From the IMG/VR virus record IMGVR_UViG_3300044213_000107, positions 1-64,000 of that record: 64,000 bases of DNA, one strand, 5' to 3'. The notes under the pieces are model-generated. The model was given only the letters and a program-made list of their open reading frames with translations. It was not told the origin of the DNA and did no database searches. Made by a program: the position numbers and the translations under genes. Numbering within the stretch: position 1 is the first letter of the stretch; the number at the start of each line of letters is the position of its first letter. Shown in pieces: positions 46,384 through 56,485 of the stretch.

Positions 46384-46942
46384 TATTACCTGCTCCTGCG
46401 TCTACGGCGGCTGTGCCCTGGGGATTTAACGGTGCAGCTCCACCTTGTTTATACATATTATCGTCTTGGCCTGTTTCGTAACTTTGTTCAATGTCTTCCA
46501 TGTCAATAGTTCCAGATTCTAGTTCCAAACTACCTTGATGTATTTCTTGCATAAGTTTTTTGGGCATGACAACTTTTACTAGCCATATAGGTGCATGTGC
46601 CATTTTAGGCACTTTTGTTCCTGGTTTAAAATCAGATGGGTTTTTTACTTTAACTGGGTATGCAATGTGATCATGCGCATAAGAAACTTCACATCCATAA
46701 TCAACTAAACGTTCTGCACCACGTGGATCAGGCATTTTTTTGTAGGGCCACATAAAAGTACAAGTAACAAAGTACTTTTCGTACACAGGACCTTCTACTA
46801 ATTCACCACTTTTCCAGTTAGAAAATGTGTAAATATCCAATTCGTCAATGACACGTTCAAAATCTAACAAACTGTTTACTGCACTGTCAGTCATGTAAAC
46901 AGATTTTGTATTTTCTATTACGTCTTTAATATCGTGAGCCAT
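46358..46942 (-). CDS. Hypothetical protein
   Basis: ORF track. Confidence 0.7.
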   Translation of the reverse strand: MAHDIKDVIENTKSVYMTDSAVNSLLDFERVIDELDIYTFSNWKSGELVEGPVYEKYFVTCTFMWPYKKMPDPRGAERLVDYGCEVSYAHDHIAYPVKVKNPSDFKPGTKVPKMAHAPIWLVKVVMPKKLMQEIHQGSLELESGTIDMEDIEQSYETGQDDNMYKQGGAAPLNPQGTAAVDAGAGNNATQQPTI

Positions 46943-46945
46943 CTT

Positions 46946-47578
46946 TTATTCCGCTTTTTTATTATTTAGCCCACTTACTCTTCTTACAAGACTATCTAAC
47001 GGTTGGTCAACTGCTGCATGAAAATATTTTGCATTTGGATCTGTTTTTAGTATTTCTTCTATAACTGCAGAGTCTTCGCCAACAGGAAAATCTAAAAGTT
47101 TTGATAAACTACGCACATAATGTTCACGATATAGATATAACAATTCTGTGCTTAAAAATACAGGGTTAAATGACATTAAGTAATCAAGATGTTTTTTAAA
47201 TCTTGGATAGCTGTGGTTATCTCTTACTCGCAGTTGTTGATGTTGTAAAACTGTTTGGTCACGTCCTATGATCGCTAGTTTAACCTTATAGCCAATGTTA
47301 ATCGCAGATTTTATAAATTCTTGATATTTAGGTTCTTGTGTTTGCCCATAATAAGCGTAAGGACAACTAATGCTAGTCACAGCATATTCGTTAAATGTTA
47401 CAGAATCTAATAGAAAAGGATAGTTCCAGGCTTCAGCAAAAGGTTCTTGGTCATGCGCTACCCAATATTCTTTGTTTAGTGCCGACCAGGAAAATACCGC
47501 TGGATGTTGTGCAAATATTTTACTGAACAGGTGATTACCGGACCCTTGTGGCCCGGTAATAATTAACAAAGTTTTCAT
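46946..47578 (-). CDS. Sulfotransferase-like P-loop protein
   Basis: TGPQGSGNH, IIGRD, LSTE. Confidence 0.55.
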   Translation of the reverse strand: MKTLLIITGPQGSGNHLFSKIFAQHPAVFSWSALNKEYWVAHDQEPFAEAWNYPFLLDSVTFNEYAVTSISCPYAYYGQTQEPKYQEFIKSAINIGYKVKLAIIGRDQTVLQHQQLRVRDNHSYPRFKKHLDYLMSFNPVFLSTELLYLYREHYVRSLSKLLDFPVGEDSAVIEEILKTDPNAKYFHAAVDQPLDSLVRRVSGLNNKKAE

Positions 47579-48246
47579 ACTGCTAATGATGTAGAGTTTT
47601 TAAGTCTAGTTAAAAACTTTCTAGTGTCGGGGGTTTTAACCCCAGTTAATTGAAAAGTTGCCCGTGGACGATGACCGGCATTTGCAGTACTGTGCGGAAC
47701 GTTCGCCCAATCAAATGTTGTTACATCACCCGCACGCCACCCAGAGTACATGTAGTTTCCATAACTCCAAAAGTGACCTTGTTCCCAATCAGTCAGCGCA
47801 ATAAACACACGCAAGACTTTGCCGGGATCTTCAGGATTCCATTTGTATAATTTGTCGATGTGCAGATTCCAAACTTCTCCGGGCATCTGAACATGAATAC
47901 GATTCATACAATCATCTAAGGCAAAAGCATCACTAATACGTTGCAGTGATTCTGGGATAGTCCAGTTTAAGTGAGTGATAACATAGTCTTTGCCATAGCC
48001 GGTCTGCTCTAGATCGTATTCTTCTTTGGCAAGTTCTTCGCTAGGTGCTTGAACATCTTGACCTTTGTAACCTCGTGTTGCCCATGTTGCCGGCCTACTG
48101 TTTACTAATATATCCTGTAAATCACTGGCCCAAGTTGGTTTTAAGTGACCTAAGGTTGTTACACCATCATATCGCGGATCTATTTTAAAGTTGTCAAAGT
48201 GATACTCACTGCGTGCTCGGCTTTCTTCCCAGTTGCTGGTTGTCAT
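47575..48246 (-). CDS. 2OG-Fe(II) oxygenase-like protein
   Basis: Q.PG...LHID, PHSTAN.G..PR. Confidence 0.7.
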   Translation of the reverse strand: MTTSNWEESRARSEYHFDNFKIDPRYDGVTTLGHLKPTWASDLQDILVNSRPATWATRGYKGQDVQAPSEELAKEEYDLEQTGYGKDYVITHLNWTIPESLQRISDAFALDDCMNRIHVQMPGEVWNLHIDKLYKWNPEDPGKVLRVFIALTDWEQGHFWSYGNYMYSGWRAGDVTTFDWANVPHSTANAGHRPRATFQLTGVKTPDTRKFLTRLKNSTSLAV

Positions 48247-48875
48247 AATAATACCCTTACTTCTATGTCGTGTTCGATGTAACTTTGTTGATATTCTGCT
48301 GGTGGCAGTTCTAGATCCAGTATCTTTGCTAGTCCAACATTAGAATAAACTCTATGTGGTTTCATTCTTTCCATAGCATCTTGTATAGCAGAATTTTGTC
48401 GTTTAATCAACTTGGCCATGTGTTTAAAATCTTTAAAGTATTCATGGTAGTCTGGGTATGTAATATCAAAGTGACCACACTTTACCCACCATCCTAGACA
48501 AGCATCGTCGCCACGACGAACAAGAACAACAGGGGTATCGGGAAACATTTTACGCAGTAACGGAATATGTTCGCTAAAGATATGACTTTTGATGATACGA
48601 TATGCCAGGTTATTGGGTCCAGAAGTAAAGGGAGCATTGAATATTTCCTCTAATTGTTCTCTTGTTAGACTTTCTAAGTCCTCGGGTAAATTACACTCCA
48701 TGCCAGGATCAAAGTAAGCACCGAGATGCATTAGTTGCCGTGTACCACTTGCATCGTGATAGTAAGTCCACGCATCACGGTAATCACTACTATCAACACT
48801 AGGACTATAGTAAATGTTTTTAACAACGCTGCTCCACTTTGAGCCAGGAGCACCTGCTACGAAAATATACTTCAT
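48243..48875 (-). CDS. Sulfotransferase-like P-loop protein
   Basis: FVAGAPGSKWS, IKSH, VLVRR. Confidence 0.55.
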   Translation of the reverse strand: MKYIFVAGAPGSKWSSVVKNIYYSPSVDSSDYRDAWTYYHDASGTRQLMHLGAYFDPGMECNLPEDLESLTREQLEEIFNAPFTSGPNNLAYRIIKSHIFSEHIPLLRKMFPDTPVVLVRRGDDACLGWWVKCGHFDITYPDYHEYFKDFKHMAKLIKRQNSAIQDAMERMKPHRVYSNVGLAKILDLELPPAEYQQSYIEHDIEVRVLL

Positions 48876-49850
48876 TTATTCCTTTGACAAGTCAAGTTTA
48901 TTTAACACTGGCAGGAATGTGGCACGCAGTTCTTCCATGTGCCTGTGCAACCCTGCAGGAGTTAATTCACTTTCTTCGTAGAATACAACATTTGCTCTAC
49001 GCCATTCTTTGTATTCTTCACTACGCACAGCATCACCAAAAGTTTTAACATACCAATCTACAACATCTTTGGCGGTGTTTACTGGTAACTCAATGGACCA
49101 AGCGGCATAAACATTGATACCTGGTGCTACTGTACTCAACATAGCAACATCTGGATACTGCGGCATTTTGTGTGTGCCAGTGAATCCAATGATTTTAACC
49201 TTACCTGCTTCTACTAACGGTCTAGCAACTGCAATTGGCATGATACCAAACTCTGTGCCAGTGATTCCATCATATTGCGCTACACTTTGTACTGCTGGTG
49301 CAGGACCGTTAAACTTAATTGGTTTAATCAAATCTCTGTTGCCGTGTCCGCGATCCATTAGGTACTCAAATGCTGTTCTATGAGCCCCGCCGCCCACTGC
49401 TACATTGATTGGTTTAGTGGTTGTGCTGATTAGTCGTACAAAGTCTTGCGGAGTATTTACGGTACTCTTTGGCCATGCTACAAGTGTTAGCGGACTTTTG
49501 CCAATGGTCATAACATCAATGAAACTATCCCACTGAAACCGTTTAATATTCTTTTCCCATACATCATTTGTAACATAGGAACTCATGTGACTGGGTAAGT
49601 TTAATGTGTAGCCATCTGGTGCGGCATCTAAGAACTTATTATTAGCAATAACCGAATCTGCACCAGGAATGTTCTGGACAACATATGTAAAGTTTGGATG
49701 TGTGTGTTGCACAATCTCTGCTAATTTTCTAAATGCTATTTCATTACCTGCCCCGGGTGTATTGCCTACATATACTGTAACTGGCTTAGTGGGTTCCCAT
49801 GCAAATGCTAAAATAGGTAATAGTAATAATAGGGCTAATAATTTTTTCAT
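48876..49850 (-). CDS. Bug/TctC tripartite tricarboxylate transporter substrate-binding protein
   Basis: Signal peptide, W.P.KPV.V.VG..PG, V.N.PGA, PDGYTL, PDV. Confidence 0.85.
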   Translation of the reverse strand: MKKLLALLLLLPILAFAWEPTKPVTVYVGNTPGAGNEIAFRKLAEIVQHTHPNFTYVVQNIPGADSVIANNKFLDAAPDGYTLNLPSHMSSYVTNDVWEKNIKRFQWDSFIDVMTIGKSPLTLVAWPKSTVNTPQDFVRLISTTTKPINVAVGGGAHRTAFEYLMDRGHGNRDLIKPIKFNGPAPAVQSVAQYDGITGTEFGIMPIAVARPLVEAGKVKIIGFTGTHKMPQYPDVAMLSTVAPGINVYAAWSIELPVNTAKDVVDWYVKTFGDAVRSEEYKEWRRANVVFYEESELTPAGLHRHMEELRATFLPVLNKLDLSKE

Positions 49851-49920
49851 GTGTGTTCCTTTGTTTAAATACTTATAGAAAATTCAACTAAGATGTAAAA
49901 TTTTTTACATAAAGCAAAAA

Positions 49921-49928
49921 TATTTATA
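49921..49928 (-). promoter_or_regulatory. T4-type late promoter TATAAATA for the TctC operon
   Basis: Exact T4 late consensus; opposite-strand TTAAATA at 49865-49871 could drive the methylase. Confidence 0.6.
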
Positions 49929-50653
49929 TGAATACTAAAATTTTTAAACTAATCACAGAAAATTTGCAAACTGCATTTAATTTACCTAAATATCAAAATA
50001 TTGTCATTGATGCTAACACACAAGTAGATCAACTTCCATGGACTCCTGCTCGTTATCGCAAGTTCAAAGGCGCAGTAGAAGCAGAATTGCACTTACCTTG
50101 TGACTATGTTGGCGCATTGGGCAACATTGTTGCTGATCTGAGCGAACGCTATACACATAGATTTTTTGCTGAAATTTGGAAACCCAGAACTGGCGATTAT
50201 GATTACACTGGTTGGGCGTTAGTAGATGAAATTAATAAACAGAATCCTCAAGCGGTGCTTGACGTTGGCTGTGGATATCATCCTTTTAAAGGACGTATCA
50301 ACAATCTAGTAGGTATTGATCCTTATAATAACTGCGCCGACTTTGAAGTTGATATCTTAGACTACCGAGTCAAACAAAAATATGATCACATTTTAGCACT
50401 AGGATCAATTAACTTTAACAGCCAAGATGAAATTGAAGCACGTTTCAGTCATTGCGTAGACTTGCTTGCAGATAGAGGTAAGTTTTATCTACGTGCTAAT
50501 CCAGGTATTCCACATAAGACTGGTCCGTATGTGGATATTTTTCCGTGGACTTTTGAAATCGTAAACAAGTTTGCTGAAAAGTACGATCTTAAATTATTAG
50601 AATTCAAACGGGACGGCAACGAACGTTTGTATTTTTCCTATCAAAAATTTTGA
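49928..50653 (+). CDS. Class I SAM-dependent methyltransferase
   Basis: VLDVGCG, VGIDP, YDHILALGS. Confidence 0.85.
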   Translation: MNTKIFKLITENLQTAFNLPKYQNIVIDANTQVDQLPWTPARYRKFKGAVEAELHLPCDYVGALGNIVADLSERYTHRFFAEIWKPRTGDYDYTGWALVDEINKQNPQAVLDVGCGYHPFKGRINNLVGIDPYNNCADFEVDILDYRVKQKYDHILALGSINFNSQDEIEARFSHCVDLLADRGKFYLRANPGIPHKTGPYVDIFPWTFEIVNKFAEKYDLKLLEFKRDGNERLYFSYQKF

Positions 50654-51879
50654 TCCAGCCAAGGGAATAATTCGCGCCAGTTAGTTCCACGGCGGCGATC
50701 CATTTCATCTAAATATACCCGTAGTTGATGAATACGATTAAGATCTCTGGGATGATTAGCAATTTTCATTTTAATGCCTAACATATGTTCTTTGTGTCCG
50801 CGTTGCCTAAATGTGTCGTCGGGCATTAAAGCAAGTATCCGATCAAAATCTTCGTCAAATACCCCAGCACCAAACACTTCGGGGTTTAGCAAATTTGGAT
50901 CAGTTACATTCATAAAACTGTGATGAATTTCGTGTTGCTCTTGCCACACATTCATTCTTTCTATTAGATCTGGTAATGTTTTGATAGTTAAACTACTAAT
51001 GGCGTGATTAATAGCCAACATAGCCCAGTCTTGTTTTAATAAATAATTCCAGTTTTTTTGCCAATCATCTAAATTTAGTCCCCAACGTGCGTATTCCTGT
51101 TGTGGGCCCCAGGCATCTAAACTGGCAGTTATCTGTAATCGTTTAATTTTATTGTTATCTATTAGATTATGAAAGCGATCAATAATTTCTACAAACTTTG
51201 CATACGGTACTTTTAAATTACTAACAATATTAAACGCTAGATCCGGATTTGGATGAGCATCCCAAAAATCTATACTTTGTTCTAGTTCGGGCTGAAAAAA
51301 TGGCTCTCCGCCCAGCACATGATAAAAATGTAGTTTACGACCGTGTTCTTCTAACCAGCGCCAAAGACCTGCAACCATTTCATCATAATGCGGTGCAGGC
51401 TCCCAGGAGCCTTCGATTCTTACACCATCCTTTTCAAATCGGCCAAACCGACGATTTTCTTCTTCCCATTTACTGCTAAACCACGGGCCGCAGTATAAAC
51501 AGCTCATGTTGCAGACATTGTTAAAATACACCTCCAGTAGTCTCGGTGTAATTTCTGTAGAAGTTATATCACCTTGTTCAACTTCGTCGGGAATCATCTC
51601 TTCAGCAAACATCAGTTGCATTTTGCGATCGCTGGTTCCACCTGCGGCTTCGATATCTCTACAGTATTCGCACCCGTTGCCAGGCCACTCACCTTGCAAC
51701 ATTTTGGCTCTCGCAGCCATCTTGGCGTCAGTATTGTGAAATCTATGAATAGTATCTTTGTTTATAGGATCTTGGTCTACACGATGGCAACTACTTGTAG
51801 TACCACGGCTTAAGAATACTGTGCTCCAAGACCATTTTAATACACAAGCAGTATCGGTTTTGATTGGAAATGTTTTCAT
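50641..51879 (-). CDS. Radical SAM protein (close paralog of 43929-45164)
   Basis: CNMSCLYC, GGEPF; shared FPI...AC..KW.WST, CHRV, WPG.GCEYCRD.EAAGGTSDR. Confidence 0.9.
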   Translation of the reverse strand: MKTFPIKTDTACVLKWSWSTVFLSRGTTSSCHRVDQDPINKDTIHRFHNTDAKMAARAKMLQGEWPGNGCEYCRDIEAAGGTSDRKMQLMFAEEMIPDEVEQGDITSTEITPRLLEVYFNNVCNMSCLYCGPWFSSKWEEENRRFGRFEKDGVRIEGSWEPAPHYDEMVAGLWRWLEEHGRKLHFYHVLGGEPFFQPELEQSIDFWDAHPNPDLAFNIVSNLKVPYAKFVEIIDRFHNLIDNNKIKRLQITASLDAWGPQQEYARWGLNLDDWQKNWNYLLKQDWAMLAINHAISSLTIKTLPDLIERMNVWQEQHEIHHSFMNVTDPNLLNPEVFGAGVFDEDFDRILALMPDDTFRQRGHKEHMLGIKMKIANHPRDLNRIHQLRVYLDEMDRRRGTNWRELFPWLDQNF

Positions 51880-52042
51880 TTTATTTTGAGGCTAGCCTAA
51901 TATTTAGTTTTTAGTTTTGTGTAATATAGCATATGTTTGTCAGAGAAAGCAACCATCTAAATACATTGTGGGCTTAATAAAACAAGTCCGAAAGGGCAGG
52001 GTTATGCGAGACCACATATTTGAGACAGAAAAGGAGTACCAC

Positions 52043-52792
52043 TTGTCCAAACAGCGTAGAAATCGATCAGCTGCATTACCTGCAGCACAAGCAACAAATT
52101 TTAACAATAACACAATAGACTTTAATTCATATGCAAAATCACGAAGACCAATTAATCTAATACCCAAAACACTAAAACAAGAAACTTATATCGATTTACT
52201 AACTGACCCAGAAAAAATAATTGTATTTGCCACAGGCCCAGCTGGAACTGGAAAAACCATGCTAGCAGTATTGGCTGCGTTAAAAGCATATAGAGAAGGC
52301 GAATGCAGCAAGATTGTTATTACACGCCCTGCAGTTGGCGTCGATGACGAAAAACACGGATTCCTCCCCGGCGACTTAAATGCTAAAATGGAACCTTGGA
52401 CTAGACCTATAATAGACTACATGCAAGAATATTATAGACCAGTTGAAATCACCCGAATGCTAGAAGAACAACACCTTGAGATATCTCCACTAGCATTCAT
52501 GCGCGGACGGACATTTAAAAACTCGTGGATTATTGCAGATGAAATGCAAAACGCGACTCCAAGCCAAATGAAAATGCTGTTAACACGTATAGGTGAAGGT
52601 TCTAAAATTGTAGTCACCGGAGACACACAACAGGCCGACAGAAAAGCTGCCGACAACGGTCTGTTGGATTTTAAACGACTAGTAGACGGTTACCAAGACA
52701 GCAAGTATGTTAATGGTGTCGAGTTTACTGGTCGTGATATACAAAGACATCCAGCAGTATCGGAGATCCTAAAGATATATAAAGAAATCTAA
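52043..52792 (+). CDS. phoH: PhoH-like ATPase
   Basis: GPAGTGKT, GFLPG, MRGRT, DEMQN, GD..Q.D, RHP; start revised to TTG after AAGGAG. Confidence 0.93.
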   Translation: MSKQRRNRSAALPAAQATNFNNNTIDFNSYAKSRRPINLIPKTLKQETYIDLLTDPEKIIVFATGPAGTGKTMLAVLAALKAYREGECSKIVITRPAVGVDDEKHGFLPGDLNAKMEPWTRPIIDYMQEYYRPVEITRMLEEQHLEISPLAFMRGRTFKNSWIIADEMQNATPSQMKMLLTRIGEGSKIVVTGDTQQADRKAADNGLLDFKRLVDGYQDSKYVNGVEFTGRDIQRHPAVSEILKIYKEI

Positions 52793-52801
52793 AATTTCAA
52801 C

Positions 52802-52809
52802 TATAAATA
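52802..52809 (+). promoter_or_regulatory. T4-type late promoter TATAAATA
   Basis: Exact consensus 4 bp before ATG of 52814 gene. Confidence 0.7.
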
Positions 52810-52813
52810 CTTA

Positions 52814-53869
52814 ATGATCAAATACAAAGATATAAGAAGTATTCAATTTGAAATTTCTACTAGATGTAATGCGGTATGCCCGATGTGTCCGAGGAACGCA
52901 TCGGGTTATCAAACTGACACAGGATTTCCTTTAACAGAACTAACATTAACTGACGTAAAAAAGATTTTGCCAATTGAGTTCATACTGCAGTTAAATCATA
53001 TACTGTTTAATGGTAATTTTGGAGATTTTATCGCCGCACGTGATGCTTTAGAAATTGTCAGATATATAACTGAATCAAACAAAAATTTATCAATAATGAT
53101 AAACACCAATGGATCAGCAAGATCAACAAAATGGTGGCAAGAACTTGGAAGTTTAAAAAATATACAAGTGGGATTTGATTTAGATGGCCTAAAAGATACT
53201 CACCATTTGTATAGAAGAAATACCAATTGGGACACAATTATAAAAAATGCTCAGGCATTTATGTCTGCTGGTGGTCATGCAATATGGAGGTTTATACATT
53301 TTAAACATAACGAACATCAAATAGATGACTGTAAAAAATTAGCAAAAGAACTAGGATTTGCACGCTTTGATATATTGTACGGTGGGAGAACTGATTCTCC
53401 TGTGTACAATATAAAAACAGGCAAGTATGAATATACCATTGGTATAGAAATGGCCGATATACCAAAAACTGCGTTAGATCATCAATTACATAAATTTAAT
53501 TATAGATCACCAGAGAAAAGAATAGAATTTTATAAAACAGTTAAAGTATCAGAATCTATTGATTGCCTTGCTAAAAAACAAAAAGAAATATATATTACTG
53601 CCACAGGTGATGTGTATCCGTGCTGTTATTTTGGGCACTATCCAACTATACCTGAATATAAACAATATTGGCAAATGGATAATTTTGCTATTACACCATT
53701 AATAAAAAACAATAATGCATTAGAATATGGAATAGAAGAAGCAATTAAATGGTTTAATTCTGTTGAAGAATCGTGGAGTAAACAATCTTATCTAGAAGGA
53801 AGATTGTATAAATGTGATGAGTTCTGCGGAGTGAACTCGGTGATTGATACTAAACGTCATCGGTTATAA
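52814..53869 (+). CDS. Radical SAM protein with C-terminal SPASM/Twitch
   Basis: CNAVCPMC, NTNG, DGL, C...I...G.V.PCC. Confidence 0.9.
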   Translation: MIKYKDIRSIQFEISTRCNAVCPMCPRNASGYQTDTGFPLTELTLTDVKKILPIEFILQLNHILFNGNFGDFIAARDALEIVRYITESNKNLSIMINTNGSARSTKWWQELGSLKNIQVGFDLDGLKDTHHLYRRNTNWDTIIKNAQAFMSAGGHAIWRFIHFKHNEHQIDDCKKLAKELGFARFDILYGGRTDSPVYNIKTGKYEYTIGIEMADIPKTALDHQLHKFNYRSPEKRIEFYKTVKVSESIDCLAKKQKEIYITATGDVYPCCYFGHYPTIPEYKQYWQMDNFAITPLIKNNNALEYGIEEAIKWFNSVEESWSKQSYLEGRLYKCDEFCGVNSVIDTKRHRL

Positions 53870-54440
53870 TATTAAAAACATCACGCCAATTTTTAACTGT
53901 GGTAATACTATCGTGATAATGATGCATATTGTGACCATGTTCCATTAACAGTGCTCGCAATCCTAAGTTATATCCTACTAGGGCATTTTCGGGTTTGTCT
54001 TCGATCCACCAACATCCTGTATCGCGATATGGTTCAAGTGCGTTATCTTTGTTGGCACCAGTTTCCAAACACACTACTCGAGAAAATGCAGTTTTGCCAA
54101 ATAGTTTTGCTAGATTCATTTCACGTAGCTTCACAGCGTTTGGATCAGTACTTAAACTTGTGATGCAATGGAATGTATATCCGTATTCCTCATGTAAGCG
54201 TTTAACATAATACATAGCATCACGCAACGGGGGCAAAAACCCAATGGCAGCAGATTCGTTAAAGATTTTAATTAACTTTCGCCCTTGCTCGTAATCAATG
54301 CCATATCGTTCTCCGATATCATAATTAAATTCACCACCGGGTACTCGTGTAAATCCGTGTTGTTCCATCCATACTGCGAAAGCATATTCCCAGTTTAACA
54401 ACACACCATCTGCATCAACTAAAATTACTGAATCTTTCAT
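53850..54440 (-). CDS. HAD-family 5'(3')-deoxyribonucleotidase-like
   Basis: DADGVL, ITS, IEDK. Confidence 0.8.
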   Translation of the reverse strand: MKDSVILVDADGVLLNWEYAFAVWMEQHGFTRVPGGEFNYDIGERYGIDYEQGRKLIKIFNESAAIGFLPPLRDAMYYVKRLHEEYGYTFHCITSLSTDPNAVKLREMNLAKLFGKTAFSRVVCLETGANKDNALEPYRDTGCWWIEDKPENALVGYNLGLRALLMEHGHNMHHYHDSITTVKNWRDVFNIITDDV

Positions 54441-54457
54441 TAATTTATAATTCCTTT

Positions 54458-54865
54458 TTAAAAAAACTCTAATGCATTTTCTAATTGATCTAGAGGAACA
54501 CCGTGCACTTGATATCCTTCGACTAACATATCTAAATAACCTTGAGACGGTAACCGATCACTGTTTCCTGGATTCATATAGTATGCGATTGCAGAAACTA
54601 TTTGGCCTTGGTGTTCGACTTGAAATTCTTTTCTAGCGTAATAAAAAGGATACCCTTCTAAAGCGTCTAAACTTTTTAGATGTTGGTCGTTAATATCCCA
54701 TAACACACCATCTGTGTCCGCACCATCACATTCTACAATGTCAGCATGTTGTGCAAATCTAAAATAACAATTTAATAAACGTGCAGCACCAAGACTAACA
54801 GCACCCGGGCATCTGTACGACATTTCGTTGATATTTGTATTCATTCCGTACGCAAAATATAACAT
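54458..54865 (-). CDS. Gamma-glutamylcyclotransferase family
   Basis: YFAYGMN, GVLW, LD.LEGYP. Confidence 0.88.
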   Translation of the reverse strand: MLYFAYGMNTNINEMSYRCPGAVSLGAARLLNCYFRFAQHADIVECDGADTDGVLWDINDQHLKSLDALEGYPFYYARKEFQVEHQGQIVSAIAYYMNPGNSDRLPSQGYLDMLVEGYQVHGVPLDQLENALEFF

Positions 54866-55515
54866 TAAGCAGCCTTTACAAAATTAAGTTGAGTGACTCG
54901 TGCGTTGTTGCGATATGAGTCGTTTATGTGACTTTTAACTTTACCAGTAAGATTAAATTCTCCGGCTGTAAGTGATTCATGGTTAGTTAAAAAACTTAAT
55001 AAGTTGCCATTCTCGTCGTGGCCACTTACTGCCCATCTTTCAAATTTTCTAATCCAACGACATTCTATTACTGAAAACTTACACGCAATTTTTTCTTTGG
55101 GTTTTCCGATGTGCTTACTGCTAGAAATATATTGATAAGTTTCTTCTTGTGCAGATTCTCGTAGTTTTATATCTAAAACAACTTTTGGTAACCATACTGC
55201 TATTCCAAATTCACGGGTGTCTAACATTGGTTTATTGATTGCAGAATGTACTGTTCTAGCAAAACTGTTAACTGGTTTACTTGTTAACTCGCCCATTGTT
55301 ACCGCATGGCCAAGGTGTTGTATTAGTTTTTCTGCGTTGTCTAGTTGCTCGGTGGTTAGTTCAACAGGATTGGTTGCGTGATCAAAAAGATAAGTTTTAT
55401 TTGGTATATAAGTTATATCATTTTCAACAAACCTGTCTCGGACTATTCGATCTCGGTTTTTTGTGTAAGCTATAACTGCAACAGCAACTGCTTCGACGGT
55501 TTTAATCTTAGACAT
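54865..55515 (-). CDS. Hypothetical early protein with C-terminal OB-fold-like region
   Basis: GKVK.H...TQLN.VK; sigma70 promoter upstream. Confidence 0.65.
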   Translation of the reverse strand: MSKIKTVEAVAVAVIAYTKNRDRIVRDRFVENDITYIPNKTYLFDHATNPVELTTEQLDNAEKLIQHLGHAVTMGELTSKPVNSFARTVHSAINKPMLDTREFGIAVWLPKVVLDIKLRESAQEETYQYISSSKHIGKPKEKIACKFSVIECRWIRKFERWAVSGHDENGNLLSFLTNHESLTAGEFNLTGKVKSHINDSYRNNARVTQLNFVKAA

Positions 55516-55536
55516 AATATATCCTGTTAAAAATAT

Positions 55537-55565
55537 ATTATACTATATAAACGGCATTTTGTCTA
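55537..55565 (-). promoter_or_regulatory. sigma70-type early promoter
   Basis: TAGACA-17bp-TATAAT. Confidence 0.75.
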
Positions 55566-55570
55566 CCAAT

Positions 55571-55813
55571 TTACTTGTTACTGTAGATTCTTTGTGTAAG
55601 TGCTTGAATATAATCCGTTTGTCTATTGAGTTTACTGCGTAATTCTGTGATTTCGTTTTGTAGTCTAAAAACAACATGTTGTAAATCTGCAACAGACTGC
55701 ATTTGTTCACGCAATCGAACTTCGTGCGTCATTAGATTAGGTCGTGGGGGAGCATTTGGGTCTACTGCACGTTTTTTCTTTGGACGCATAGCACGAAGCA
55801 TTTTTGGGTTCAT
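55571..55813 (-). CDS. Hypothetical coiled-coil protein
   Basis: ORF track. Confidence 0.6.
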   Translation of the reverse strand: MNPKMLRAMRPKKKRAVDPNAPPRPNLMTHEVRLREQMQSVADLQHVVFRLQNEITELRSKLNRQTDYIQALTQRIYSNK

Positions 55814-56130
55814 AATAGATATTTATCGTTAGGCCCACTAGGAAATTTAACACACACAGTATCAGTTTCTTCTAAAAATTCTAGTTGTCCAATATCCCCG
55901 GGCTCTAGTATACATATATCCCCGGCTTCAAAAATAACACCATTAACCAGCATTCGGCCACGAGTGACTAATTGTATTTCGGTTACTATTTTGTGTAGGT
56001 GTGTGGGACTGTGGCCACGTGCATTGGTTTGCCAATTTACTTCAAACTCTTTTGTACGGTAAACGGCTTCATCAAAATCCCCAATGAACCATCCACGTGC
56101 ACCGGCATCACTCAGTCGTTTCTTTTGCAT
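55810..56130 (-). CDS. Cupin-fold protein
   Basis: GWFIGDF, H.HK...E, GDI..L.PG. Confidence 0.7.
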   Translation of the reverse strand: MQKKRLSDAGARGWFIGDFDEAVYRTKEFEVNWQTNARGHSPTHLHKIVTEIQLVTRGRMLVNGVIFEAGDICILEPGDIGQLEFLEETDTVCVKFPSGPNDKYLL

Positions 56131-56485
56131 TTTCTGTTGCTGATTTTTCTTTAGGCAGGAATTGTGCTAGGTATTCGGGGTCAAGTTCTTGCATGACTTT
56201 AACTACATACTGAGGATATCCTTCTAGAAAATACTTAAACAAGTGATCAAAATCACTGTTTTGTTTTGTTATATCGTATCTATTGGTGACCACAGTTTTT
56301 TTGTTTAGATTTAAGATTACTGCGGCATAGATTTGATCTTTTGGAGACAATCCTCTAGTGAATTCCACACGTTCATCATATTGATGGTTAGCAGGATCAC
56401 TCATGTAACCTTTTTGTGAGGTCATTTTAGGATCTCGTGGTTTAACAACATAAAATGCCAGTAGGTGTAGGTCTTTGATTTTCAT
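56108..56485 (-). CDS. Hypothetical protein
   Basis: ORF track. Confidence 0.65.
   Translation of the reverse strand: MKIKDLHLLAFYVVKPRDPKMTSQKGYMSDPANHQYDERVEFTRGLSPKDQIYAAVILNLNKKTVVTNRYDITKQNSDFDHLFKYFLEGYPQYVVKVMQELDPEYLAQFLPKEKSATENAKETTE

Noticed and set aside
49876-49920. SAM-V/SAM-II riboswitch upstream of the methyltransferase (CAUAAAGCAAAA resemblance)
   Set aside because: The match lies in what I recall as a variable part of SAM-V, and the conserved core is not present; better explained as an AT-rich palindrome between divergent promoters.
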